From an uncultured delta proteobacterium (GTDB lineage: Bacteria; Myxococcota_A; Polyangia; Palsa-1104), in assembly GCA_963785725.1 (NCBI GenBank), contig CAWAWS010000016.1:288001-352000 (forward strand): a stretch of 64,000 nucleotides of DNA, given 5' to 3'. Of the stretch, positions 19,983 through 29,242 are shown one piece after another (position 1 is the stretch's first letter; each line of letters begins with the position of its first letter). A model generated the notes under the pieces. That model had not been told where the DNA came from, made no database searches, and saw only the letters and a program-made list of their open reading frames with translations. Made by a program: the position numbers and the translations under genes.

Positions 19983-20660
19983 ATGCGGATCTTGCGCGCG
20001 CGTTACCGCAACGGCGAGGAGTTCCTCCGGCATCATCAACCGTCGCTGCCGGGCGGAGGTATCTTCTTTCCCACACGAGAAGCCATTCCACTCGGCGAGG
20101 CCGTGCTCGTCGAGCTGCGCTTCCCCGAGCTCTGCAACAAACAGCTCCTCCGCGGCTTCATCGCGTGGCGGCGAGCGGGCAAGCATCGCACCAAGCTGCG
20201 CGCCGGTCTGGGCATCGAGTTCCTGCCCGCCGAGGCGAAGCGTCGCGACTTTTGTATCGCCGTCGCCAAAGGGGAGATTGTGGAGATGATCACTCGCCGG
20301 CACCGTCGCTTGCCCGTGACGTTGACTGCAGATTGGCGTGTCGTCCTCGATCGCGAGCAGCACCACAGCCACATCGAGGACATCGGGCCCGGCGGTGCGT
20401 TCTTGCGCACCACGGAGTTCCTGCCGCCCGGCACCGAGATCGTGCTCGACGTGACGCCGCCCGGCAGCCTGCGGCCGCTCGAGATCGCCGGTCGCGTCGC
20501 CTGGACGCGTCACACCGAGGGCGAAGAGGGCATCGGCATCGAGTTCAAGACGCGCGACGCCGGCGGCACGCGCCGCTTGAAGGAGCTCGTGCGCCGCTTG
20601 GAGATGCTCGAGGCCGAGAACGCCATCGACAGCTCCGACGACGTCGCCGAGCTCGCCTAA
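19983..20660 (+). CDS. Tandem PilZ-domain protein
   Basis: GGIFFPT; RRHRR followed by DIGPGG (c-di-GMP motifs RxxxR and DxxxxG); GRVAW...GIGIEF. Confidence 0.85.
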   Translation: MRILRARYRNGEEFLRHHQPSLPGGGIFFPTREAIPLGEAVLVELRFPELCNKQLLRGFIAWRRAGKHRTKLRAGLGIEFLPAEAKRRDFCIAVAKGEIVEMITRRHRRLPVTLTADWRVVLDREQHHSHIEDIGPGGAFLRTTEFLPPGTEIVLDVTPPGSLRPLEIAGRVAWTRHTEGEEGIGIEFKTRDAGGTRRLKELVRRLEMLEAENAIDSSDDVAELA

Positions 20661-20719
20661 CCCGCCTTCATCCGCCTCTTTTTCACGGGGCTTCGGTCAT
20701 CGCTAAATGCAGGGAAGCC

Positions 20720-20748
20720 TTGACAGCCGACGGCTGTGGCGGCAACCT
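20720..20748 (+). promoter_or_regulatory. Putative sigma70 promoter TTGACA-N17-CAACCT
   Basis: Perfect -35, weak -10, upstream of an AGGAG SD and a small ORF. Confidence 0.45.
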
Positions 20749-20774
20749 GCCTGCCTTCACCAGGAGAGAACACG

Positions 20775-20933
20775 ATGGGTCTCGGAGACAATCGCTGCTC
20801 GCCCAAGATGCGGCGTAAGCATGCGCAGAAGAAGTTGAAGCAGCGGATCAAGAATCGTCGCGCCCGCGCCGCCACCGAGCGCGCCTCGGTCAAGGGTGCC
20901 ACGACGACGAAGAGCAAGAAGTCGTCGAAGTAG
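20775..20933 (+). CDS. Small, highly basic protein (52 aa)
   Basis: AGGAG SD, own putative promoter and terminator; MGLGDNRCSPKMRRKHAQKKLKQRIK... Confidence 0.7.
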   Translation: MGLGDNRCSPKMRRKHAQKKLKQRIKNRRARAATERASVKGATTTKSKKSSK

Positions 20934-20983
20934 CTCGTTGGCGACGGCCGGTACGGCGTCGCCCGCGTCACTGCGGTCGCTTC

Positions 20984-21009
20984 GAGGTTCCCCTTCGGGG
21001 GACCTCTTT
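20984..21009 (+). terminator. Hairpin with C(UUCG)G loop followed by TTT; putative terminator
   Basis: gaggttcccc-ttcg-ggggacctc-ttt between convergent genes. Confidence 0.6.
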
Positions 21010-21051
21010 CGCGGTCTCGCCGTTTTCGATCGTTCGAAGCTTTAGTGTCGT

Positions 21052-21957
21052 CTAGTTTTGCGTGAACGGCAGCGTGGTCACCGTCGCGCGCCGTCCTTCG
21101 CCGAGCGTCAGCTCGGTTCCCGGATCCCACAGCGTGCGATGGACGTAGGCGAGCGCGATGGCGCGGCCGAACCGCTGCGAGCGAATCGACGACGTCACGA
21201 ACCCGGCATCGGGTCGCGACGGCGACGACAGCTTGTCCTGCGGCGCCGCCGGCAGCTCGCCATCGAGCCATAACCCGACGAGCTTGCGGTTGATGTGGCC
21301 GAGGTTCGTCGCGCGCGCGATCACCTCTTGGCCGAGGTAGCAGCCCTTGGTGAAGCTGACGGCGTCGGCGATGCCGGCTTCGATGGGCAGGCGATCTTCG
21401 CCCATGTCGACGCCATAGCGCGGCGTGCCGGCTTCGATGCGCAGGGCTTCGTAGTCGTCGGCCGAGAGCGGCTTGCCTTCGACGGTCGCGATGTCGGCGC
21501 CGAACACGTGGAATCCGTCGAGGCCGAGCTCCGGCGTGCGCGCGACCCGCTTGCCGTCGACGACCACGGACGCGTAATTGGGCAGCGCCGTCAGCGTTCG
21601 CGGATCGACGCCGAGCCCGGCGCCGATGACGCCCGCCGCTTCGTCGCCGTAAAAGCCGGTGACGCTGGCGTCGCTGACGTCGGCGAACTCGACGTCGTCC
21701 ATAACGATATGCTTGTCGAGCACGGTCTTGATCTTGTCGCGCAGCGCGAAATCGAGCACCAGCGTCAGCGACTCGGCGTCGGCGAAGATGACGAGATCGG
21801 CGAGCATCTTGCCCTTCGTCGTCAGCATGGCCGCGTGACAGCCCTGCCCCGCTGCGAGCGCCTCGACGTCGTTGGTGACCATGCCGTGGAGGAAGCGCAC
21901 GCGATCTTCGCCCGTCAGGACGAGCTGAGCGCGTTGCAGCGCGCGGACGAGGAGCAT
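21052..21957 (-). CDS. ygfZ: YgfZ/GcvT-family folate-binding protein
   Basis: GEDRVRFLHGMVTND, LRIEAG.P, SFTKGCYLGQE. Confidence 0.9.
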   Translation of the reverse strand: MLLVRALQRAQLVLTGEDRVRFLHGMVTNDVEALAAGQGCHAAMLTTKGKMLADLVIFADAESLTLVLDFALRDKIKTVLDKHIVMDDVEFADVSDASVTGFYGDEAAGVIGAGLGVDPRTLTALPNYASVVVDGKRVARTPELGLDGFHVFGADIATVEGKPLSADDYEALRIEAGTPRYGVDMGEDRLPIEAGIADAVSFTKGCYLGQEVIARATNLGHINRKLVGLWLDGELPAAPQDKLSSPSRPDAGFVTSSIRSQRFGRAIALAYVHRTLWDPGTELTLGEGRRATVTTLPFTQN

Positions 21958-21971
21958 CTCGGAAACGTAAG

Positions 21972-22469
21972 TCAGTGGCCGCGTGCGCGCAAGGCGAGTC
22001 GGTGCGCGCGGCGCGCTTCGGCGTCGGCGAAGCGGCGCCGATCGTCGTCGTTCTCGAGCACGAGCGGCGGAATCGGGCGCGCTTTGGCGGCCGCGCCAAT
22101 GACGACGCCTTCGATGGCCACGAAGGTCAAGTAGGCCTTGGTCGTGTAGCGGCGCGTGCGATCTTTGGGGTTCTCGGCTTCGACGCGAACGCCGATCTCC
22201 ATCGACGTCCGGCCGACATAGTTGACCTGCGCGCGTAGGACGACGATCTCGCCGAGGTGGATAGGCGTCAGGAATTGCAAGGCGTCGATGGATGCGGTGA
22301 CGACCTGGCCGCCCGAATGACGCATGCCGGCGACGGAAGCGGCGATGTCGATCCACTGCATGACCTTGCCGCCGAAGATGGTGCCGAGCGCGTTGGTGTC
22401 GCCCGGCAGCACGATCTCGGTCATCTCCACGCGCGACGCCGTCGGCGTCCTTCCGGTGAGGTCACTCAC
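21972..22469 (-). CDS. Acyl-CoA thioesterase (hotdog fold)
   Basis: VLPGDTNALGTIFGG.VMQWID, VTASID, VGRTSMEIGV. Confidence 0.92.
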   Translation of the reverse strand: MSDLTGRTPTASRVEMTEIVLPGDTNALGTIFGGKVMQWIDIAASVAGMRHSGGQVVTASIDALQFLTPIHLGEIVVLRAQVNYVGRTSMEIGVRVEAENPKDRTRRYTTKAYLTFVAIEGVVIGAAAKARPIPPLVLENDDDRRRFADAEARRAHRLALRARGH

Positions 22470-22545
22470 CGACGCACCATCAGGGAGCAAGCCGTCGACC
22501 CGCGGGTGATGCAGGCCACGCTCGCCTTCGCTCGCTCGACCGCGC

Positions 22546-22740
22546 TCATGGCTTATCGCGGAACAAGGCCGCCTTCAGCTCGGAGAGGCGGGCGCGCTCG
22601 TCGCTCGTCAGCGCCGGATGCTTGGCGGCGAGTGCAACGTATTCGGCGTGCAGCGCGTCAAAATCGGCACTGCTGAGCTTGGGCTCGCCTTGCCGCGCAA
22701 AGTAGGAATGGAGCTCTAGATATTCGTGATAGCCCTTCAC
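22546..22740 (-). CDS. Small hypothetical helical protein (64 aa)
   Basis: GTG start with TACTCT 7 nt upstream; protein-like composition YHEYLELHSYF...ERARLSEL. Confidence 0.55.
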   Translation of the reverse strand: MKGYHEYLELHSYFARQGEPKLSSADFDALHAEYVALAAKHPALTSDERARLSELKAALFRDKP

Positions 22741-22940
22741 CCGCCGCAGAGTAGCGCAAGGACGGCCCCAAAGGCACTGCCGGCGATGCAGGCGCCGCCG
22801 AGCCAGGCCGTGGCGCGCTTGACGTCCGGCGAGAGTCGCCAGCGCTTGACGCTCGGCGGGTGGCTCGGGCAATCGCCGAAGCAGTCATGATGGCGACAAC
22901 GGAGACAGATGACTTTGCCGAGTGCGATCTGAGCGCCCAT
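22737..22940 (-). CDS. Small Cys/His-rich protein with C-terminal TM helix (67 aa)
   Basis: Directly follows a sigma54-like promoter; its stop overlaps the next start (GTGA); CLRCRHHDCFGDC motif. Confidence 0.45.
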   Translation of the reverse strand: MGAQIALGKVICLRCRHHDCFGDCPSHPPSVKRWRLSPDVKRATAWLGGACIAGSAFGAVLALLCGG

Positions 22941-22952
22941 GCATCGCGGTTG

Positions 22953-22968
22953 AGCAACGCGCGTGCCG
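22953..22968 (-). promoter_or_regulatory. Putative sigma54 (-24/-12) promoter
   Basis: Minus strand CGGCACGCGCGTTGCT matches YGGCACG-N4-TTGCW. Confidence 0.6.
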
Positions 22969-23034
22969 CATGGTAAGAGGGCCCAAGCTGCACGTCCGGC
23001 CGCGTCTCACCCAGGTCCACAGCAGCGACGGAAA

Positions 23035-24480
23035 ATGAGTTCCCCCGAGTCACGACTGTTACTCCCACGACGACGAACCCGCGTTCTCTTGGCGCTGGGG
23101 ACGCTGCTCCTCGGCGCGGGGTGGTCGCGCCCTGCCGCGGCGCGGCGCTACACGCTGGCGGAGCTGATCGCGCGTGTCAACGCGCATTACCCGGGCGTCG
23201 AAGCGGCGCGCGCCGGCGTCGAAGTGGCCAAGGCGCAGCTGTCGCAAGCCAATCGGCTGTGGTTTCCGAGCGGGCAGCTGTCGTTCGCCATCACGGGCTC
23301 GCCCGACATTCGCTGCGCCGGCGCCAACGGCGTCGTCAACGACGCGCTGACGCAAAAGGAGCGCGAGCAGAACTGCGTCTCGACGACCGCAAACGCCAGC
23401 TTGACCAACACCAGCGACATCCTGAAGACGCTGCCTTTTCACGGCGTGGCGTTGAACTTGGGCGTGACGCTCACGCAGCCGCTGTACACGTTCGGCAAGA
23501 TCGAGAGCGCGCAGCACCTGGCGCACGCCGGCGTCGACGTGGCCAACGCGCAGGTGGAAAAAGATCGCGCCGACATCACGTTCAACATCACGAAGGCCTA
23601 TTGGGGCTTGAAGTGGGCGCGCGCGGCGTTCGGCACGCTCGACGACGGCGCCGGTCGCCTGCGCGGCTGGGTCAAGCGCATGAACGACGACATCGACAAG
23701 GGCAAGTCGACCTATACCGAGAACGACTTAGCGCGCCTCAAGATCGCGCTCGATGCCGCCGAACTGGCCGAGCTCGACGTCGACAAGGCGCAGCAGGTGG
23801 CGCTGGTCGCGGTGCGCACGCTGAGCGGCGACGGCGACGCCGACATCGACGACGACGAGCTCGACGTCGCCGACTTGCAGGAGCAGCCGGTCAGCTTCTA
23901 CGAAGACGCGGCGGTCGTGCATCGACCCGAGGCGCGCATGCTGGCGGCGGGCTTGAAGGCGGCGCACGCGAGCGTGCAGCTGCAGCGTGCCAGCTTGACG
24001 CCCGATCTCGGCCTCTTGTTCGGCTTCAGCTACGGCTACGCCGAGTCGGTCGACGATCCGCAGAACGCGTTCATGAGCCATCCCAACAACCTCGGCGCCA
24101 GCATCGCGCTCGGCCTGCGTTACGATCTCGGCATCGCGCAGAAGCTGGCGACGATCCACAAAGCGCACGCCGACGAGCGGCTCTTGCAGGCGCGACGGCA
24201 GCAGGCGCTCGGCGGCATCACCGTCGAGATCGAGACGGCGTGGCAAGAGACGCGGGCGGCGCGCAAGCGATCGGACCTCTTGGCGCATTCGGAGAAGGTG
24301 GCGCGCGGCTGGTACAACGCCGTCGATCAGAACATGCAGCTCGGTGTGGCCGAGGCGCGCGACCTCGTGGATGCGGCGCGCGGCTACTTCGAGTTGCGCT
24401 TGCGCCACTTGCAATCGATCATGGACGTCAACTTGGCCATCGCCGGCTTGAAGCAGGCGGCGGGCACCCTCGTCCAATAG
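23035..24480 (+). CDS. TolC-family outer membrane efflux protein
   Basis: Signal peptide; LTQPLYTFGKI; two OEP helical repeats. Confidence 0.88.
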   Translation: MSSPESRLLLPRRRTRVLLALGTLLLGAGWSRPAAARRYTLAELIARVNAHYPGVEAARAGVEVAKAQLSQANRLWFPSGQLSFAITGSPDIRCAGANGVVNDALTQKEREQNCVSTTANASLTNTSDILKTLPFHGVALNLGVTLTQPLYTFGKIESAQHLAHAGVDVANAQVEKDRADITFNITKAYWGLKWARAAFGTLDDGAGRLRGWVKRMNDDIDKGKSTYTENDLARLKIALDAAELAELDVDKAQQVALVAVRTLSGDGDADIDDDELDVADLQEQPVSFYEDAAVVHRPEARMLAAGLKAAHASVQLQRASLTPDLGLLFGFSYGYAESVDDPQNAFMSHPNNLGASIALGLRYDLGIAQKLATIHKAHADERLLQARRQQALGGITVEIETAWQETRAARKRSDLLAHSEKVARGWYNAVDQNMQLGVAEARDLVDAARGYFELRLRHLQSIMDVNLAIAGLKQAAGTLVQ

Positions 24481-24504
24481 CTGAACCGGCGAATAGCTGC
24501 TTAG

Positions 24505-25119
24505 ATGATGGAGACGATGCGGAATCTGACGATCGCGATGACTGTGCTCCTGTTGCCGCTCACGGCCGTCGCGGCGCCGGCGACGGCGCTGTCGACGTTG
24601 AAGGCCAAGAACGGCGAGGTCGACCGCCTCTTGCACAACAAAGTCGAGAAGGGCTCGCCCGAGGAGGCCAAGCAGAAGGCCGACATCAAGGCGATGGCCG
24701 GCGGGCTGCTCGACTACGATGAGCTGGCCAAGCGCTCGCTGGCCGGCCATTGGGACAAGCTGACGACGGCGCAGCGGACCGAGTTCGTGGCGACGTTCCG
24801 CGAGCTCATCGAGCGCAACTACGTCAAGCAGCTGCGCTCGAACTTGGATTACCAGGTGCAGTACAAGAGCGAGCAGAACGACGGCGACGACACGACGGTG
24901 ACGACCATCGTCAAGGTCAAGTCGGCGGGCAAGAACACCGACGCCGAGATCGTCTACAAGATGCACAAGGTCGGGCCCGAGTGGCGGGTTTGGGACGTCA
25001 TCACCGACGAGGTCCCGTTGACGCGTAACTACAAGACGCAGTTCAACAAGATCATCACCGAGCAGTCGTATGACGCGCTCATCAAGAAGATGAAGACGAA
25101 GTTGGAGGAGAAGAACTGA
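24505..25119 (+). CDS. mlaC: MlaC/Ttg2D phospholipid-binding periplasmic protein
   Basis: DYDELAKRSL..HW..LT..QR.EF...F; WRVWDV...V.L..NYK.QF..II. Confidence 0.88.
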   Translation: MMETMRNLTIAMTVLLLPLTAVAAPATALSTLKAKNGEVDRLLHNKVEKGSPEEAKQKADIKAMAGGLLDYDELAKRSLAGHWDKLTTAQRTEFVATFRELIERNYVKQLRSNLDYQVQYKSEQNDGDDTTVTTIVKVKSAGKNTDAEIVYKMHKVGPEWRVWDVITDEVPLTRNYKTQFNKIITEQSYDALIKKMKTKLEEKN

Positions 25120-25121
25120 GC

Positions 25122-26642
25122 GTGCGCCGGGCAGCGCTGGTCGTCGCGTTGGTGGTGGCGGGCTGCACCGAGACGCATTGGACGGCGCTGCCCTTCCCCA
25201 TCCCGCTGACGCTGTCGGGTGACGGCGGTGGGCTCATGGGCGCCGGGACATTCTTCACCGATCCGACGATCTTGCCGACGGTCATCGACACCGGCACCGT
25301 GCTCACGACCTACGACGACGGCTCGCAAGCGACCAAGGCGCCGACGGGCGAGCTCACGATCTTCGGCGTCTCCGCCGGCGTCGACATCCCGCGCGTGCAC
25401 ATCACCGACGTGCAATTCTTCGAGGCGCCGCTGGGCTCGCTCGGCGTCGGCGACAGCGCGACCAAAGTGGGCGCCATCTTCGCCGGCGACAACCTGTCGC
25501 GCTTCGCCGCGTCGTTCGACTATCGCGGCGCGACGCCGACGATGACGCTGATGGCGAACCTGCAGCCCTGCAGCTGCGAATTCCAGCCGCAGCCGGGCGC
25601 GCCCCAGTGCGCGGCGGGCGGGTCGTTCGACTGCTCGGCCGACATCGCGTTCTCGCTGGCGGGCGGGCAGAACAGCGCGCTGCAGAGCCAGACGCGGGTC
25701 ATCGTCGGCAATAATCAGTACACCTATCCGCCGACGCGCGTCCTCATCGACACCTGCGTCGAGCCTTATCCCGATCCGCTGACGACGGTGGTGCCGGGCA
25801 ACACCGATTACGCCGTGTGCTCGACCGAGAGCGCGGTCTGTCCGTCGGCGCCCTACTTGCCGTCGGGCGTCGATGCGCACATGCTGGTGGCGAGCGGCTT
25901 TCCCGGCCTGGCGCTGTCGGCGGGCGCCTACGATCGACTGCGCGGCGCCGGCGCGGCCGAGGCGCTCTTGGCCGGCACGACGGTGACGCTGCATCTGCCC
26001 GACGCCGCCGACGGCACGGGCGTGCAAGCGGCGCTGACGACGCTGGGCACGGCGCCGAGCGAGGAGAACCCGGGCGCGGCGGCGTTGGCGCTGGTCTCGC
26101 ATGAATATTATTTCGGGCCGTGCGCGCTGTTGGCGCGCAGCCGGCGCATTCGTCGCGCCAACACCGTCGCCGCCGAGAAGACGCCGTGTCTGCTCGGCCC
26201 GCAGCACGAGTGCGAACAAGGGGGGCAAATGCAGCCCGATCCGTACAGCGCCGCTTGTGAGAACGCGACCGGCAACCCGAAGTGCGACGACAACAACGCC
26301 GACACGCCGACGCCGGCCGTCATCGAGCTGGCGCCGACCATCCCCGTGTACGTCATCAGCGATACGTCGCCGCTGTTCTTGGGGATCAACGCCGACGTGC
26401 GGCCGGCGGAAGCGACGGTCGAAGGCGTCATCGGCACCGAGGTGCTGCAGCGCCTCGTGACGACGGTCGACTATCCCGGCAATCGCTTCGTGGCGCGCTG
26501 CGCGTCCGACGACAACTGCAAGGCCTATCCGCGGCTGTCGCTGCCCGACCTCGTGCGCAACGCCTGCGACAACTTCTGCCACGGCGCGCCGGCGATGAAG
26601 GATTGCGCGCCGGGGTTGGCCGCGTGCGCGGTGGCCCAATGA
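25122..26642 (+). CDS. Cys-rich lipoprotein with aspartyl-protease-like motifs
   Basis: Lipobox VVAGC; VIDTG; second lobe LVASG; GVIGTEVLQ...TVDYP. Confidence 0.6.
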   Translation: MRRAALVVALVVAGCTETHWTALPFPIPLTLSGDGGGLMGAGTFFTDPTILPTVIDTGTVLTTYDDGSQATKAPTGELTIFGVSAGVDIPRVHITDVQFFEAPLGSLGVGDSATKVGAIFAGDNLSRFAASFDYRGATPTMTLMANLQPCSCEFQPQPGAPQCAAGGSFDCSADIAFSLAGGQNSALQSQTRVIVGNNQYTYPPTRVLIDTCVEPYPDPLTTVVPGNTDYAVCSTESAVCPSAPYLPSGVDAHMLVASGFPGLALSAGAYDRLRGAGAAEALLAGTTVTLHLPDAADGTGVQAALTTLGTAPSEENPGAAALALVSHEYYFGPCALLARSRRIRRANTVAAEKTPCLLGPQHECEQGGQMQPDPYSAACENATGNPKCDDNNADTPTPAVIELAPTIPVYVISDTSPLFLGINADVRPAEATVEGVIGTEVLQRLVTTVDYPGNRFVARCASDDNCKAYPRLSLPDLVRNACDNFCHGAPAMKDCAPGLAACAVAQ

Positions 26643-28553
26643 CGCCGCCGACGCCGGCCGTCCCGCTGCGTCGTCGCTTCGCCATCGGCGCCAACTATTG
26701 GTCGCGCGCGGGCGGGCCGCGCATGTGGTCGCGCTTCGACGCGGCGGCGATTCGCGACGAGCTCGCACAGCTGAAGCAGATCGGGCTCGACAGCTTGCGC
26801 ATGTTCGCCTTCGCGCCCGACTTCATGCCGTCGCCGCCGGCGATCGACGCGACGATGCTGCAGCGACTGCACGAGTTCGGCGTGCTGGCGGAGACGGCGG
26901 GGATCGAATCTGTGGCCGACGCCTCTGGTCGGCCATATGTCGGGCGAGAACTTCGACTTCGCCGGCCAAAACGCCAACGGCGACAATCGCTCGCTCTATC
27001 GCGACGCCGAGCTGCTCGACTGGCAAGAGGCGCTGGTGCGCGCGGTCGTGCAGGCGCTGGCGGCGCGGCCCAACATCGGCGGCTGGATTCTGACGAACGA
27101 GTTTCCACTGTGGGCGGGCGTGCCGGTCGCGGGCGAGGCCGAGGCGTGGGCGCAGCGGCTCGTCGCCGCCGTGCGCAGCCTCGACGCGACGCGGCCGGTC
27201 GGCACCGGCGACGGCTGCATGGCCGGCTGGCCGACGGCGCAGCTGGCGGCGACGGTCGACTACATCGGCCCGCATTTCTATTACGGCGACATCGATCCGC
27301 TGCGCCAGGCGTGGAACAGCGACTTCGTGCTGCGCACGATGCAAGGCATCGGGCAGGCGGCGAATCGGCCGGTGCTGCTCGAAGAATTCGGCGGCTCGGC
27401 GACGCAAGTGGGCGAAGTCGAGCACGCCGCTTACGTGCGCGAAGTGATGCTGGCGGCGTTCGGCTGCGGCGCGGCCGGCGCCTTCGTGTGGTGCGCGAGC
27501 GACTTCGATCGGCAGACGCTGGGGCTCGAAATTCCCTACTCGCACCACGCGTTCGAGCTCGGCTTCGGCCTCTTGCGCGCCGACGGCAGCGAGAAGCCGG
27601 CCTGTCAGGAGACGCGCGCGCTGCGCCAGCTCGTCGACGGTCTGGGCGACGCCGGCTGGACCCGTCCGCGCGCCAAAGCGGCGCTCTTGCGCAGCGACTG
27701 GCAGACGCAGTCGTTCCCGTTCTCGTGGGAGGACAAAGGCGGCCTCCGGCGCACGCTCTTGCAGTCGTACGTTCTGGCGGCGCAGGCGGGGCTCGACGTC
27801 GACGTCATCGGCGAAGACGACCCGCTCGACGGCTACGCGCTCGTGCTCGTGCCCGCGACGCAAAAGCTGCGCGTTCCGACGTGGCACAAGCTGGAGGCGG
27901 CCGCCCGCGCCGGCGCGACCATCTATTGGTCCTATTTCTCGGGCGAGAACGAGTTTCACGAGGGCGCCTGGTGCTCCAACTTCGAGGCGCTGACGGGGCT
28001 GCGTCATCGGCTGCGCTACGGCTGCTTCGATCTGCCGGGTGAGCGCGTCGTCTTCAAAGGCGAGGTCGCGCTGTCGTTGCCGACGGGCGAGGCGACCTCG
28101 GCGCGGCCGCAGTCGTTGTCGCGCCTGCCGGTCGAGGTCGCGCCCGGCGCCGCCGTCGAGACGATGGCCGTCGACGGCGCGGGCCGGCTGGCGCTGACCG
28201 AGCATCGGCTGGGCCAAGGCCGCGTCATCTTCTGCGCCTATCCGATCGAGCGTTACTTGATGGAGCGCGCCGACGGCTCGACGCGCGACGTGCATCGCCT
28301 CTATCGCCTGCTCGCCGACGAAGCCGGCATCGAAGCGGCCTACGCGACGCACCATTCCGACGTGCAGTCGCGCGTTCTGCACGTCGGAACGGACGATGTG
28401 GTCATCGTGCAGCATCGCGGCTGGAGCGCGGCCGTCGACGACGCCAGCGAGATCCCGCGCGACGCCGAGCTGCTCTACGACCGCGGCAACCCGGCGCCGA
28501 ACGCGTTCGGGCCCAAAGGCGCGCGCGTCTACCGCGTCCGCAACGTCCGCTGA
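26639..28553 (+). CDS. Clan GH-A glycoside hydrolase (GH5-like) with a GH42-type trimerisation-like domain; frameshift near 26905-26925
   Basis: GANYWSR.GGPRMW in one frame; GHMSGENF, WILTNE, GPHFY, LLEEFG, PYSHHAFELGFG in the next. Confidence 0.8.
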
Positions 28554-28554
28554 A

Positions 28555-29088
28555 TCAGAGCTTGAGCGCGGCGCAGGGCGCGGTGTCGAACGTGCCGGTC
28601 ACGTGGTCGGCGCCGAAGGTCAAATCGAAGCTGCCGACGTAGTGGCCGCTGGCGACGCCGGTGAGCGTGACTTTGCCGGCCGTGGCCACCGATTCGGTCT
28701 TGTCGGCCGTCGAGGCGCCGACGGCGACATAATTCGCGCCGGCCAGCTGCCCGGTCATCGTCGCGTCGGTGGCGATGACGTAGTCGCCCGAGTGCGCCGG
28801 CGCGACCGTGTTGCCGCTCATGTCGGCTTCGAAGAGGTCGAACGTGAGCGCCTGCGCGTTCGTCGTGTCGTTGTCGGCGTCGATGTTTCCGCACAGGTTG
28901 CCGAGGTCGCTGATGACGACGAGCGCCGACACCGACTGCCCGCTGCCCGACGTATTGGCGACGGCGTTGGCGCTGGCGAAGCGCTTGCCGGCGATGGTCC
29001 CGGTGACGGCGGCGCTGCCGTCCGACGGGCCGCCGCAGCCGCTGACGAAGATCATGGGAACGCAGGCCATGAGAAAGCAGATCCGCAT
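28555..29088 (-). CDS. Hypothetical lipoprotein
   Basis: AAGGAG SD; lipobox FVSGC; beta-rich body ending G.FDLTF..D.VTGTFD...C. Confidence 0.75.
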   Translation of the reverse strand: MRICFLMACVPMIFVSGCGGPSDGSAAVTGTIAGKRFASANAVANTSGSGQSVSALVVISDLGNLCGNIDADNDTTNAQALTFDLFEADMSGNTVAPAHSGDYVIATDATMTGQLAGANYVAVGASTADKTESVATAGKVTLTGVASGHYVGSFDLTFGADHVTGTFDTAPCAALKL

Positions 29089-29125
29089 CTCGTCTCCTTG
29101 ACGGTGAAAGGACGACGGGCGCCTT

Positions 29126-29141
29126 CGCACGACGCGTGCCG
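29126..29141 (-). promoter_or_regulatory. Putative sigma54 promoter
   Basis: Minus strand CGGCACGCGTCGTGCG, GG-N10-GC spacing, about 40 nt upstream of the lipoprotein start. Confidence 0.45.
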
Positions 29142-29242
29142 GCCGCTCGGCGACGCCATTTCGCGAACCTAGGCTGGATTGGCGCGCCCAAAACCGGACA
29201 GCTTTGTCGTGTTGGCCGTCGCGAAAAGGGAGACGCGAACGA

